A stretch of DNA of 64,000 bases, from the NCBI RefSeq assembly GCF_963921235.1, contig NC_086118.1:23438001-23502000 (forward strand), given 5' to 3'. Each line of letters starts with the position of its first letter. Position 1 is the first letter of the stretch. The notes under the pieces are model-generated. The model was not told where the DNA came from. It did not search any database and was given only the letters and a program-made list of their open reading frames with translations. Below, one piece after another: positions 50,041-63,280 of this stretch. The stretch comes from Mobula hypostoma. Its lineage: Eukaryota. The position numbers and the translations under genes were made by a program.

Positions 50041-50654
50041 TCCCCTACAATGTTCACCTCATTATCCAGCTAAAAATTTACTCTCTACAACACTGGTCTA
50101 ATTGTATCAGAGATTTTAATAGCTTTGCAACATATCAAAACTTGTGAATAACCAAAACAAAAGCTATACACCTCAACTTCAGAATAAAGTTCAAATTGCT
50201 CAACCTTAAATCAACAGGTTGACAACAAGGCTTATCCAATTACTTTGTTAAGGCAAAGTTTGCATGTAAATCTGCCTTTCAAACTGCTTCACATCACATC
50301 TTAAAAAGCAAACAGAACCACATAAGAAATTCCACTTCCTCTGGGCATGTTTGATTATTTTCACTGCCCTTTTTATTCCAAAACCCTAGAGCTAATAGCC
50401 GTGGTAAATGTACTGTTTATGTTTATTCCTCTAAGAAAAGTAAAGGTCAACAGATCACCAAAGTCTTGCTGTTATTCTATAGCAATATCTTTCTCTCTCT
50501 CTCTAAAGGTACAGAGTGGTAGTGTTAACGACAGTTGTGTCTCAAACATTTGTTATGTAGCCTGCTTGATTCTTCATTCCATTGAAATTATTGAAAAAGT
50601 GGATTGGGTAAGGTGAATAGTGATCCACTTCTGCTTGAAATCTTTACTGAGATT

Positions 50655-51180
50655 TACTAAGATTTCTATGGATGTATCGAGCATTCTAAATGGCTGCATC
50701 ATCGTCTGGTATGGTGGTGGGTGCGGGAGGGGCATGCGCGGGCAACTCCACAGGATCGAAGTAAGCCACAGAGAGTTGTAAAATTAGCCAGCTGCATCAT
50801 TGGCACCAGCCTCTGTAGTCTCCAGGTCATCATCAGGGAGTGGTGCCTCAGAAAGGCACTGTCTATCATTGAAGTCCTCCACCAACCAGGACATGCCCGC
50901 TGTTCATTGCTGCCATCAGGAAGGAGGTACAGAAGCCTGAAGGCACACACTCAATGATTCAGGAACAGCTTCTTCCCCTCTGCCATCCGATTTCTGAATG
51001 GATATTGAACCCATGACACTACCTTACTACTTTTTTTAAGTTTCCTGTTTTTTGCACATATAGTCACTGTGTTTCACAGTTTTCTTTTTCTCCCTGTTAT
51101 TATGTATTTCACTGTACTGCTGCCGCAAAGCTAACAAATTTCACGACGTATGTCGGCGATATTAAACCTGATTCTAATTC
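50655..51180 (+). mobile_element. Rex1-type LINE 3' fragment
   Basis: SIL.GCI.VWYG, QRVVKLAS, LLPSGRRYRSLKAHTQ, FRNSFFPSAIR; terminus attaaacctgattct. Confidence 0.9.
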
Positions 51181-51403
51181 CCATTTCATAGCAGTCCAAT
51201 GGTTGTTGAAGTTGAATCATCGCACTGCCTCTGATTACACCTACCCATGATAGCAGGATATAGGATGGATGACCTCGGACTGTTGCCCATCTTGTGTTTG
51301 CCAATATAAGGATGAAAGGAGTGTAATGGAAGGTGTTGAGTGTTCACTGGGAACCAAGTGCCCAATGCTCTGATTGCCTAGCAGTGAACAAGAGTTTCAC
51401 CAT

Positions 51404-51723
51404 AAGAATTTTCCCCCCCTTCCCCTTTTCTTTCTCCCTTGGCCTCCTGTCCCATGATCCTCTCATATTCCTTTTGCCAATCAACTGTCCAGCTCTTGGC
51501 TCCATCCCTTCCCCTCCTGTCTTCTCCTATCATTTAGGATCTCCCCCTCCCCGTCCCACTTTCAAATCTCTTACTCACTCTTCCTTCAGTTAGTCCTGAT
51601 GAAGGCTCTTGGCCCAAAACGTCGACTGTACTTCTTCCTAGAGATGCTGCCTGGCCTGCTGCATTCACCAGCAACTTTTATGTGTGTTGCTTGAAATTCC
51701 AGCATCTGCAGATTTCCTTGTGT
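51404..51723 (+). mobile_element. Neptune-type Penelope 3' end with target-site duplication
   Basis: Collinear with 16865-17148. AAGAGTTTCA(C/T)CATA on both flanks. Hammerhead at 51592-51627 with GAAA mutated to AAAA. Confidence 0.9.
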
Positions 51724-53884
51724 AAGAGTTTCATCATACTCCTTTTATATAAAAGAAGATTACTCTAGGGATTTTCATAGCATAATCAATGTAGGTACAC
51801 TTGAATAAGAAAGAAAAAATATTATTTCTTCAATAATGTATTCCAGTATTATATAATAAATTGAAGGGTTGGGCACAAAACTAAGTAGTGAGGTCTATTA
51901 ACTTGAAATGACCTCATTACAATAAAATGCAGACCCATCACTACGATGAAAGTGACCCTTTCTACTGCAAGTGTCCTGTTCTGACGTGGATCCATATATT
52001 TTTTTCTTTGGAAGTTAGCCTGGCCTCTGAAGTTCCCGCCAGCAGGGTAAGATGAGGCCTTTGTAAATCATTTCCGTCACACTGCAAGAGAATGTCAGCC
52101 CCAGGCTTGAATTACCGCAAATTCATCAGCAGAAAATCTGCCATGAAATTGCGTGGCTCCTGGGAAGTGACTGCCATCTGCTTTTTCCCTTTCACTTGCC
52201 ACTCCACTTTCCCATCAATCCTAATTTTTACAGCTTCTTAGTAAACTGTGCAGGATGAATTCATCGCTCCGTGCTCTCCTGGAGAAATCTGCTTCGTCCA
52301 AGGTTTTTTTGTCTTGTTTTGTTTCCTCAGAGCTTTTGTGTATTTTAGACTTAATATTTCACTGCATATAGAGGGTCTGATTAGTCATGGTACTCTTTAT
52401 ATACGGGGAAACTGGATTCCACTTGTTACTGAGTCTTATGGTTGCACCTGTCAATCAGAACAGTAGCTTGGGCTCATGCTCCACCTCAGAGATGTCACTG
52501 GAATCTGTTCTGCCCTCATTCAAGCACAGAGACCTGAGTCAGGAGAGCAGAGGAAATCCAGGGCTGACAGCTGACTTAAACTGAAACAGGGCAGCCTGAA
52601 TGAATCCGAAATGACTACTTAACTTCTTCATTGACGCATTGTGTCTGGTGAAGAAGAGGCATTGCATTGAGAATGAGCCCATTCACTTTTTCCTGCACGA
52701 GTCAAGAAATGGTTGGTGTTTGCAGGTGGCCCTTTATCACTAATGCTGAATTTTGCATGTTGATTAGCCTCTAACAAAACCAGAGTAAATTTGCTTATTG
52801 AGCTTTCAGATGGAATCTAGGTGACAACAATTCAGCAGGTGTAGCCCTTACATCTCAGGAACCATTTCCAAGTGTTTCACAGTGATTAGTTTAACCCAGC
52901 GGTTTGCACGCTATATTGAGGAATGGTAAAAATAAATAACGAAAGGAACAATTTGCTTCATAATCTTTGAAATGCCACTGATGTCTCTACCTGCCTGTGG
53001 ATTTCTGCCCTGTACCATTATCTTGTCTTTAGTTAAAATTTCTAACCATTACTTGAAAATGAAAATAAAAAATGGCATGTAGGCATCACTTAATTGTCCC
53101 AGCTGTCGGAGTTCAGCTCAGCCCTTCTCCCAGAACTTTCCTCATTTCAGAGGAAATGTTGAGTTTTTTTCTCTCAGTGGAAATTCGGTACAGGTATTAC
53201 ATTCAGATCACACCTAATCTAATATTATAATTATTTAAAAATCAGTTCTGTTATCCAGATTATAGTGTAACCAGCATAATATTTTAAAGGCATGAACTCT
53301 CTTTTATGTTACTATTTTCCCTTTCTTAAAGGATCAGTCACCTGTTGCTGCAGTTTCATACATTCCAGTTGCTTTCTGGCACCTCGCTCATAAGAGTCCA
53401 TTAATCACCCAGACCTTGAGCTAAAGTGTTACAATTCATTGCCCTGCAGCCTGTCGGCAGCATCAGAGGTATGCCTTGTTTTCATCTTATCAGGCAAACA
53501 AACATTCAAGCATCACAATGCCATTATTGCCTTCACTGCCTAACGTCAACCAACCCTAGTACCAGCCATTCAGTAAGGTGGAAGATTCAGCTGTGGAACT
53601 GTATCTATTGCATTGGTCAGTTCTATATACATCACACAATGCACCTGTCATCTCAGTAATTCGGGAAGCTTCAGATGGGATACCATTGATTCCAAAGTGA
53701 TCTTAAGCCTGCACTGATTAGGTACATTTTGATGTGCTCGTGTTATGGCTGGTCATTTTAATATTATGGTTTACTGTGTATTCACTGTATTTCTGATCTG
53801 CACTTCTTTCCTCTTCTATACAGTACTATTTCATACAATGTTGCTTTAGTGAATTGTTATTGACTTCTTGGCCATATTAATTTT

Positions 53885-54565
53885 GATATAAGATCATAAG
53901 ACATAGGAGCAATTTAGGTCCTTTGGCCTATCGGGTCTGCACCGCTATTCCATCATGGCTGGTTTATTGTCCCACACAAACCCGTTGTCTTGCCTTCTCC
54001 CCATAAGCTTTGACTCCCTTATTAATTAAGAACCTATCAACCTCCACTTTAAATACACCCAATGATTTAGCCTCCATGGGTTTTTGTGGCAACGAATTCC
54101 ACAGTTTCACCACTTTTCTTTCTGGCTAAAGAAATTCCTCCTCATATCTGTTCTAAAGGGATGTCCTTCTATTCTGAGGTTGTGCCCTCTGGTTCTGGAA
54201 TCTCTGACTATAGGAAGCATCTTCTCCACGTCCATTCTATCTTGGCCTTTCAATATTCAATAGGTTTCAATGAGATCCCCCTCTATCTTCCAAACTCCAG
54301 CAAATTACAGGCCCAGAACCATCAAATTGTCCTCATACATTAACCCTTTCATTCCCAGGATCATTCTTGTGAACCTCCTCTGGACCCTCTCCAATACCAG
54401 CATACCCTTTCTTAGGTAATGCGCAATGCTAACATTGCATTTGCCTTCCTTAACTTCTGAGTTCAGGTTAACCTTTAGGACTCCCAAGTCCCTTTGTACC
54501 TCTGATTCCTGAGTTTTCTCCTCTTTTAGAAACTTTTATTCCTTTTGCCAAAGTGGATGACCAAA
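53885..54565 (-). mobile_element. CR1 LINE 3' fragment, degenerate
   Basis: YLRKGMLVLERVQRRFTRMI.GMKGL.YE; 3' UTR and (CTTAT)-type tail. Confidence 0.88.
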
Positions 54566-54824
54566 GTAATGAAGTGAATGCTTTTCAATTGAGCTTTCAA
54601 AATGAAATAATTTAGAACTTATTGATATACTGTATAAGGAAAGTGTTTAATTCCAAACAATAATCTCTAAGTAGTATTGCTTTTCAATTAATTCATTGCT
54701 CTGCTGAGAAAACTAGACCCAATATGGTGTTTAATACAAAATGCTGATGTAGGAAAAATTAAGCTATTCTTTCCACCTCTTATTGCTAATATGCTCTTGC
54801 TCAAACGTTCTCGTTTTGATCCAT

Positions 54825-55205
54825 GAATTGAGGTGGCAGGCTCCAGGCTCCAGTGTGCATCGTGGCGATTGAACCCAATGCTTGGATGTTGATTTAGGCA
54901 CCGGGCCAGACTGAAAAGATCCAAGTGTTAGGGCCCAAGGCGAAGGACGGGCCATTTCAGCTCACTGCTCCATGACATTTACTCGTCTCTGCGCGGAACT
55001 GTGGGGTTTAGACTCTCTTTGTGGACTTCAGTTCAGAATGGTATTTGCTTGCAGTTATTAGTTGTATGATTTGTTTCTTTTTCTCTGCTCATTGTGTGTT
55101 TGACAGTCTCCTTTTTATAGGTTCTTTTGAATTTCTATGTTTCGTGGCTGCCTGCCAGGGATGAATCTCAAGGTTGAATAATGCATGCATACTTTGAACT
55201 TTTGA
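54825..55205 (+). mobile_element. Old non-coding element with Rex-type 3' tail
   Basis: GC-richer head, T-rich body, then gtggctgcctg..gatgaatctcaaggttg..actttgaacttttga, the same terminus type as 30300-30380. Confidence 0.55.
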
Positions 55206-55269
55206 ATAATAAAGTAACTACTTATGAGCAATTATGTTGTTAATAATTAGATGGTAATCAGAAGGCCTT

Positions 55270-55900
55270 ATTGGTATTGGTTTATTATTGTCACATGTCC
55301 CAAGATACAGTGAAATCCTTCTTTGCATACTGTTTATACAGATCAAACCATTACACAGAGCAATTGAGCTAGAATAAGGTAAAACAGAAACACTGCAGAG
55401 TAAAGTGGAAAAGCTATTGAAAAATTGCAATGTAGGTAAATTATTAAGTGAAAGCTTACGGTGAGGGTATGCGAAGCCAAGAATCCCTCATATGTAGAAG
55501 AAATCTGAAAACAGTGTGTTAGAAGCTCTCCTTGAGCCTGGTGGTACCTGGTTTCGGGTTTTTGTACGGGAGAGGGGAGAAGGGATGGGGTCTTTAGTAA
55601 TGCTGACAGTTTTACTGAGGTAGCGAGAAGTCTAGAGGATGTCCGCAGAAGGGAAGTGGGTTCCCAATGATCTGCTGAGCTTCTTTTTGTGGTCACGTGC
55701 AAATTAGTTGCGATATTAAGCCATGATGCATCCAGGCAGAATGCTTTCCATGTGCATCAGTGAAGACTGGTAAGAGTCAATGGGGACATGTCCAATTTCA
55801 TTAGCAGTAGAGGTGCTGGTGAGCTTTCTTGGCCATGGCATCAACATGTAGTTGAAGCTCTCAATGCTCTCAGCCTCAGCACTGATGATGTAGGCAGGAT
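55270..55900 (-). mobile_element. Old Rex1-type LINE 3' fragment
   Basis: ttggtattggtttattattgtcac tail; decayed SILPGCIMA.Y and TRTTRLK.SF remnants on the minus strand. Confidence 0.7.
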
Positions 55901-55918
55901 CACGTGCATCACCTCCAC

Positions 55919-56408
55919 GTGGTTCACCAGATTGATTCCTGGGATGGCAGGACTTTCATATGATGAAAGACTGGATCGACTAGGCTTATACTCGCTGGAA
56001 TTTAGAAGATTGAGGGGGGATCTTATTGAAATGTATAAAATCCCAAAGGGATTGGACAGGCTAGATGCAGGAAGATTGTTCCTGATGTTGGGGAAGTCCA
56101 GAACGAGGGGTCGCAGTTTGAGGATAAAGGGGAAGCCTTTTAGGACCGAGATTAGGAAAAACTTCTTCACACAGAGAGTGGTGAATCTGTGGAATTCTCT
56201 GCCACAGGAAACAGTTGAGGCCAGTTCATTGGCTATATTTAAGAGGGAGTTAGATATGGCCCTTGTGGCTAAAGGGATCAGGGGGTATGGAGAGAAGGCA
56301 GGTACGGGGTTCTGAGTTGGATGATCAGCCATGATCATACTGAATGGCGGTGCAAGCTCAAAGGGCCAAATGGCCTACTCCTGCACCTATTTTCTATGTT
56401 TCTATGTT
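55919..56408 (+). mobile_element. CR1 LINE 3' end, young
   Basis: FTRLIPGMAGLSYDERLDRLGLYSLEFRRLRGDLIE...FFTQRVVNLWNSLP; (TTTCTATG)n tail; TCACC(T)CCAC-like flanking duplication. Confidence 0.95.
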
Positions 56409-56714
56409 TCACCCCACAACCCACCCCAGGAGCAGACTATTAAGTATTAAGTGTCCATAGTATGCTGGCTTCCAATCTGATTATTTCCATGACTCAGGCG
56501 TATGCAATAGATCCCATGCCATTATTTAAGGAAAAGCTAGCCTGTTAAAGTTCATGCTAATAAATCCCACTCCAACTAAACCATCTATAACTATCAGTAG
56601 CAGTCTTGAATACCACTGTTAAACATATTTTACATCTGCTTACCAACTGTAACTGCACATCTCATGTCAAAAGATTTAGGAAGGTTATGAATTGTATTGA
56701 TGGGAGAGGCACAA

Positions 56715-57090
56715 TTTTCCCTCCTTCTCATTGGCTGTTTGTCCCACTCCCATCAGAGAAGCGGTCATGTAGCATCCACACCAGGATCACAGAGTTAAAA
56801 GCAGTTACTCTCCCCAAGCAGTAAAGCTGCTCATTACCTCCAGCCACTAACCCAACCCTCCACAATGCCACCAGCACTACCTTATCATTTCCTGTCTCAT
56901 ATCACTTTATGGACACACAAACAATCTATGTACAGTATATAGGCTATCTAGGTGCTTATGGTTACTGTGCTTATTTTTTTTTTACTGTGTTCCTTATCTT
57001 ATTGTGATTTTTATGCTGCATCAGACCTGGAATAACAATTATTATATTCCTCTTTAATACCACAAATGACATTAAACAATATTGAGTCCT
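56715..57090 (+). mobile_element. Rex1-type LINE 3' fragment
   Basis: HWLFVPLPSEKR..SIHTR.T.LK.SY remnant plus 3' UTR ending aatgacattaaacaat. Confidence 0.7.
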
Positions 57091-57636
57091 GAGGTGCAGA
57101 TCTTAATGATGCAACAAGTTTAATAATGCAGTTACCTCTGTAGATCCTATTACATTTTAGTCAGTGAGGAGCGAATTAGCCTGCATGGTTTATAAGCTGG
57201 TAATCTGTGACCATAAAATAAGCCTGTTAACACCATAATATAATGTGGAAGTTCACATATTCAGCATTCTAGACTTCTATGCAACATCAATTCCTACAAT
57301 ACGCTTTGCTCTTAATTAATACCTAATTAGTATTTAACAATTTAAAAATGCTGGTTGAAATGTGGAATTTTACAAGATATTTTCTTCTCCATAGATTTCA
57401 GTATCCATATCTTTTCCTGTATTGAAACATTCTCTAGTCTATGACAAAGCCAGCCGGCAGAGGCTGAATAAAAACAGATCAAGATGATTTTCCTCTTTGA
57501 TTCCCTCTCTCTGAAAGTGAAGGGTGTGTACAAAATGGCTGTTACATTCTCCTATGAATTGCAGAGGCTGGATCTCTAAAATAATTCAAGCATGTGAAGA
57601 TCTTTGGGGCATCATCATATGAATATTTTTCTCAGC

Positions 57637-57638
<2 letters not shown>

Positions 57639-57702
<64 letters not shown>
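57639..57702. repeat. (TG)n microsatellite, about 32 units
   Basis: Direct read of the sequence. Confidence 0.99.
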
Positions 57703-57707
<5 letters not shown>

Positions 57708-58724
57708 CAGAAAAATCAAACACTTCCTTCTTGAGTGGATGTTTTAGGCTATATCCTAAATTTATCATATTATAATGAAAATTAATGATACATCCTCTGT
57801 ATGTGATATTGACCTTATAATTATGCTAAGTCATTCATGGACAATTCAAGCAGAACAGAAGGTATACAATCTCAAACTAATATTTTACTTCCACAGAGTT
57901 TATCAGAAAGCTGTTATAAATAACAAATCTGTGGTATTTTAAAATAAGATTATTTCACACTTGTTGAAGTCCCACTAACATGACTAAATTTGACAGGTAG
58001 CTCTGATCAAAAGAGAAAGGGCAGACATTCCTTACATGCATTCAAAGAACCTCTGCTTCAAAACATAAGGAATCATTTTGATAGTTTCTCCCTCAACTTG
58101 CTTCATTTCAGATCTTAAAAGTGCATCCACTACCACACTGGTACACACTTTTTCCTCATTCATATTGTGGATACTGTGCATGTGGAACCATTGAAAACAA
58201 CCAAACCAATTTGTCTAAGGATCTGTTCAGGTGACAGAGGGACTAGCCCCAGATTTACTGGTAATTGAGAACATATTTCAAACTTGATGTTGTGTGAAAG
58301 GTGAACAATGTTTTGTTGACAGAGTCTAGAGGGAATTTTACTATTTGATATTCATTGAACAAATAAATCCAAATTAATAGTAATTGCAAAACTAGGCAGT
58401 TTAATATAACTTGATTTTCCAAGATAGCTTGTAGTTTGTATTATACGTAATATATTTCTAGCTAACTTTAGGAGCAATTAGTCTCAGATTTTCAAAATAT
58501 AATATTTCATGATATTGTTTCCAATAAAGATATCATCTCAATTTATTTCTCCCATATTGTGAATAAGCGTCCCTTGCTTTTCTTTCTTGCTCCTCATTTT
58601 ATTTATTTTACAAACGTTCATTTGGCTCTTTGAGATGCAGTAGTTATAAGTTTAATCACACGCCAGCAGAAATACTCAAATTCTGGTTTGGTAGTATTGA
58701 GGAATATCGTAAAAATGAACTGAT

Positions 58725-59035
58725 TTTTGGATGTGATATTAAACTGAGGTATATAAATGCCCTCGTCATTTAGGTATGAAAAATCCTGGACATTATCTGA
58801 AGAACAAATGAATCACTGGTATATATCTTTGTTAACATTCCTCCCTTAAGCAAAATATTAATTGAGAGATTATTCAGTGATTCATTCATTTGCTGTCGTG
58901 GGACTTTGCTGTGTAAAAATTAGCAGCTGTATTTGTCTTCTTAACAACAGGCAATTATTGTTTCAAAATATACTTTTAGTAAATGTTTTGGAGAGACATG
59001 AGAAGATGAAAGATGTTCTGTAACTGCAAGTTTAT
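58725..59035 (+). mobile_element. Ancient Deu-domain SINE (SacSINE1/AmnSINE-like)
   Basis: Ordered motifs gatgtgatattaaactgagg, aaaatcctggacattat.tgaagaa, ttgctgtcgtgggactttgctgtgtaaaaattagcagct, aaatgttttggagagac..tgaaag..tgcaagttt. Confidence 0.7.
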
Positions 59036-60072
59036 TTTTCCTGCAAGTTCATCTTTGTGCATAAAATTAGATTTGCTTCTATTTTCTAGCTTCCAGTACA
59101 ATTGCTAAACACGTTTAAACTGTTTTTCAAGTTCTCTACCATTTAGTGCAACATATTGTTTTACTGCAACAAGTTATACTCAGAATTTCAATGATTAAGG
59201 TTCAACTTTACAAGCAAACCAACAGTCTGCAAAATACAAGGTACGTGTCAAGACTCCACAGTGTACATATTAAATAGTATTAACTACTTGCAATTGCTAC
59301 ACTGTTAGAAATACTACTGCTTTATCCCCAGGACTTGCAGCTGTGATTTTCACTTAGTTCTCATAAAATGGTATGTTTGAAAAATGAAAATAAAATTCAA
59401 AAAGCATTATTTCCAGAGGTTTGTAAATAAAATGCATAAGACCATAAGGTCTTCTTATCTATAACCACCCTGCTGCTGCTGTCTTGCCATCTATGTGTGT
59501 GAAATAAAAAAATTGGTAGCAGAATTGTGCAAATAGTCTGTGATTAGTTTTCAACTATTTTCTCTAATGTTGCAACAAGATACCACTGGTTTTCAAGGCT
59601 ATATCATCTGTTCTGTTATAGTTTGATTCATTTCACTTTAAATTGATTCCTTTTCTGATAACGTTTCTGAAAATATATGAAAGCAAATCTTGAGCAAACA
59701 GATTTAAAGAACCAAGTTTCTTGTTTAGTTATTCCATCAGAATATTTATTTGTGTCATCATTGCATCACATTAGGCATGAGTTTGTTTTACAATATCTGA
59801 TATATTATTATAAATTCATCAGTGTAATTAAGATAAAAAATCATTAACCTTAGTGAAGCATTTCACATTTCTAACTTAATGGCCTGAAGGATTTAGTTAG
59901 TTCAAAGGGAGAAAATGTGGACAGCAGCAGCAATTGTAACATCACATTCAAAATAATTTTAATAAATGCTTATTAGGAATGAGTAACTTGTGCTATCTAA
60001 TGTTAAAAATTTATAATGGTCTTTATCCATCAAGTAGAGGGCCAGCGGCTTCTAAATATTCACAATGTGTTA

Positions 60073-60428
60073 TAGAAACATAGAAACATAGAAAATAGGT
60101 GCAGGAGTAGGCCATTCGGCCCTTCGAGCCTGCACCGCCATTTATTATGATCATGGCTGATCATCCAACTCAGAACCCCGCCCCAGCCTTCCCTCCATAC
60201 CCCCTGACCCCCGTAGCCACAAGGGCCATATCTAACTCCCTCTTAAATATAGCCAATGAACTGGCCTCAACTGTTTCCTGTGGCAGAGAATTCCACAGAT
60301 TCACCACTCTCTGTGTGAAGAAGTTTTTCCTAATCTCGGTAAGGCTTCCCCTCTATCCTCAAACGGTGGCCCCTCGTTCTGGACTTTCCCAACATCGGGA
60401 ACAATCTTCCTGCATCTAGCCTGTCCAA
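60073..60428 (-). mobile_element. CR1 LINE 3' end, same subfamily as 55919-56408
   Basis: Close reverse complement of about 56052-56408; (TTTCTATG)n tail. Confidence 0.95.
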
Positions 60429-61499
60429 GTTTTGCTGTAATATATTTTAGGAGACGCGGACAGAAAATACACCTCTAATCACTTTACAATCAGAGTTTGT
60501 ACATCAGTATGACTTACTTTTATGGAACTTCCATATATTTGGGTTTTGTCATAGATGCATGGTCTTTAATTAAAAAAAAATTAACCCGGGAATCTTTAGT
60601 GTACAGAATTCCACAGAGGGAGAGAAAGTTGGGAAAAGGATAGAATGAAGAGCAACACCCTGGATCCTGAATGCATATTGTATCATCGTACAATCTTTGA
60701 TGAATATTTCACCCTGGCTGACATGAGACAAACAATGACTTTACAATTCACTCATGTTACGCTGCTGTTTTCTGCACTACAATGGGAACACAGGCCTGAC
60801 ATAAATTGCAATAATGCAGAAATTGTGAGCTTTGTCAATATCGTGCCTCTGTCGCAATGTTCTCCTGTTGTTGGGGATGGGGATGTAGGGAGGCCTCAGA
60901 CCTTCATCCCAGCTGTTCCCAAGGTCTCTGACCTTCTACCCAGCTGTGCCTGGGGCTTGCCATCTGCATGGCCGGTCACAGACCCACATTTTCACCTGTT
61001 TAAGCAGCTGACCCTGCAAACCAAACTAATCACATTCCTGGATGGGAGCAATGAACCACAGAGCTCCAATGGCGCGTACTGAAAATAAACCAATAATTAC
61101 TGAGGTAAAACATTTATCGACATGATTTAGTCTCCAGAACATTTGAACTAAGCCAAAATAGTGTCTTTTCTTCGTAAAAGACGTGTGTCTATTGACAGTT
61201 TTCAAATTACTCTAACTAATAAAAGCAAACATTACTTGTCCACAATTTTGTCTGAACTGCTAATAACTTGGCCACAATCTTCGAAGATTCACTTCTCCAG
61301 TTAGATAAGATCTGAAGCCAGAATGAAACTGAATTAACTTACCCACTGGGATTGTCAAATTGAAAACATAACTTTGATTACCTTTCTATTGGCCTGAATG
61401 TATCATTTATGAAATACAATTATGCTGGTTGGTTTCACTGAAGTATTGTTTCAGTCTTCTAATTTCAGAGGAACTTATTTTCACAAAAATTGCTTGCAT

Positions 61500-61625
61500 A
61501 CTTGTACCTTTGGAGGAATATGGGTCAAGTGCAGGGAAATGGGACCAGCTTGGGAATAGATGTTTGTCAGCAGGGATGAGTTGGGCAAAAGGACATGCTT
61601 CCATGCTGTGTTGTTCTCTGACTCA
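61500..61625 (+). mobile_element. CR1 3' UTR fragment
   Basis: gaggaatatgggtcaagtgcagggaaatgggac...gatgagttgggcaaaaggacatgcttccatgctgt. Confidence 0.7.
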
Positions 61626-61874
61626 ATGACTTGCCAGCGGGCATTTGGAGAAGATTGCTCCTGTTCTGGGAAAGTGCCCCTCCTAACTCAGGGAGGTTCC
61701 CCTTCTTATTTCCCTCCCACTGGTCGCCTAGTCCTTCAACTCTGCCCGACTCATCAAATACGGGCTTCAATTAGCTCCTACTCAACTCACTGATCGCAGG
61801 CCCAAACTTATCCAGCACCCTCCTGAAATTGATTAGACAGGCCCAAACAGAAAGAACTTACAGGTACGGGTGTT

Positions 61875-62450
61875 CACATCCACCTTGTTCTTCTAGATGG
61901 CAGAGGTTACATGATTAGGAGGGGCTATGGGAGTAACTGCCAAGTGTTTAGTACATGGTGCATACTGTAGTGGAAGGAGGATGGACTTAACCATGGTAGA
62001 TCCATTGAATAGTAAGGTAGTTGGTTAATCTCTTTGTTGGAGATGATTTTTGCCTGGCAGCTCTGTTGAATGGACATTATTCATGCTGCTTACTATTTGT
62101 CAGTACATGCCTGTATATTGTCTGTGTGCATGTGCTTCAGTTTTTGAGGAGTTGTGAATAGAATCTACTTCTGAACAAGGTAAGGCAGGTCTTTGGTGAA
62201 GCAGCCTAAGATGGTTTGGTCTCGGACACAGCCCTGAGGAACTCCTGCATTAACACCTCGGGTAATGGTTATTGACCTTTAAAAACTGCAACAATTTGCA
62301 TTTGTGAAAGTGACAACTCAAACCATTGTGACATTTTCCCATCAATGCCCATCAACATTGGTCTCACTAGTGCTTGCCCATGTCACACTTGGTCAATGCT
62401 GCTCTAATGTCAAGGGCAGTCCACAGCCATCTTACTCTGAGATACAGTAG
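61875..62450 (-). mobile_element. Very old CR1-type RT remnant
   Basis: gacacagccctgaggaactcctgcattaa is the reverse complement of AGVPQG.V; tgctgctctaatgtcaagggc is the reverse complement of ALDI.AA. Confidence 0.65.
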
Positions 62451-62870
62451 TAATGATATCACTGAGTTAAATTTTACTCATGTATATGAAGAATGTGAGT
62501 AATAATGTCAATTCAATTCAATTGATGACATTATCTTGAAATCATCACTTCTATGTAAGCCTGAATATTTTTTGATTCTTAGCTAATACTTAAGCAACTC
62601 ATTGACAGTTCTTTAATTACTTTGTAGCAACTTTGAGCTCTGTAAATGTCTATGACCAGGTCTTCATTAATCTCTCTTCAGTGGAAATTGAGAATGATCT
62701 CATCCGGTTCTGGACCTCAAAAGCCTCACGAGATCTGCATGTCTCATCATTGATGTTCAACCACGACACGGGTGGAGCCTGGTTATTTGCCATGGAGAGA
62801 GAAGAGAGTACAACAATTCTTCTTCTTGAGCCACTGCCACCCCCTGGAATGGCACCTGAGAAACCTAGTA

Positions 62871-63021
62871 CAGGTCGACCTTCACTAATCCGGCACTATT
62901 GGGACCTGAGGAGTGCCGGATTAGAAAATGCCGAATAACATAAGGATCACATTAAGCGTAATCAGTGCTGGATTATCAAAGGAACTGGATTACAGGTAGC
63001 CAGATTAGTGAAGGTCGGCTG
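62871..63021. mobile_element. MITE, Tc1/mariner superfamily (Tigger/pogo-like ends), 151 bp
   Basis: TIRs CAGGTCGACCTTCACTAATCCGGC and GCCAGATTAGTGAAGGTCGGCTG, flanked by TA on both sides (62869-70, 63022-23). Confidence 0.88.
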
Positions 63022-63157
63022 TAATCTGTTAAACCATTCACTGCTAGACCGCGAGCCGCTCTAGATACTGCATTCTCTGGGCACAATGGCTGGAGTCTGG
63101 GCTTGAGCTGAGAAGATGGATTCCAAGTTTCATGCACCAAGTTGATCTAAATAAAGT

Positions 63158-63280
63158 CCTGGAAATCTGAAGCAAAAAAAAACCCGACAGTTAAACTCAG
63201 CAGATCAGGCAGCCTCTGTGGTTTTGTCTTTGCACGGGTGCTGCCTGAATGCTGATTACTGCAACAGTTTCTGTTTTCCT
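63158..63280. mobile_element. Two inverted Penelope-like terminal fragments, old
   Basis: ctcagcagatcaggcagcctctgtg faces cacgggtgctgcctgaatgctgatt; both resemble the PLE terminal motif. Confidence 0.5.

Noticed and set aside
60645..61082. 145 aa ORF
   Set aside because: No recognisable domain, no splice or promoter support, and a length attainable by chance.
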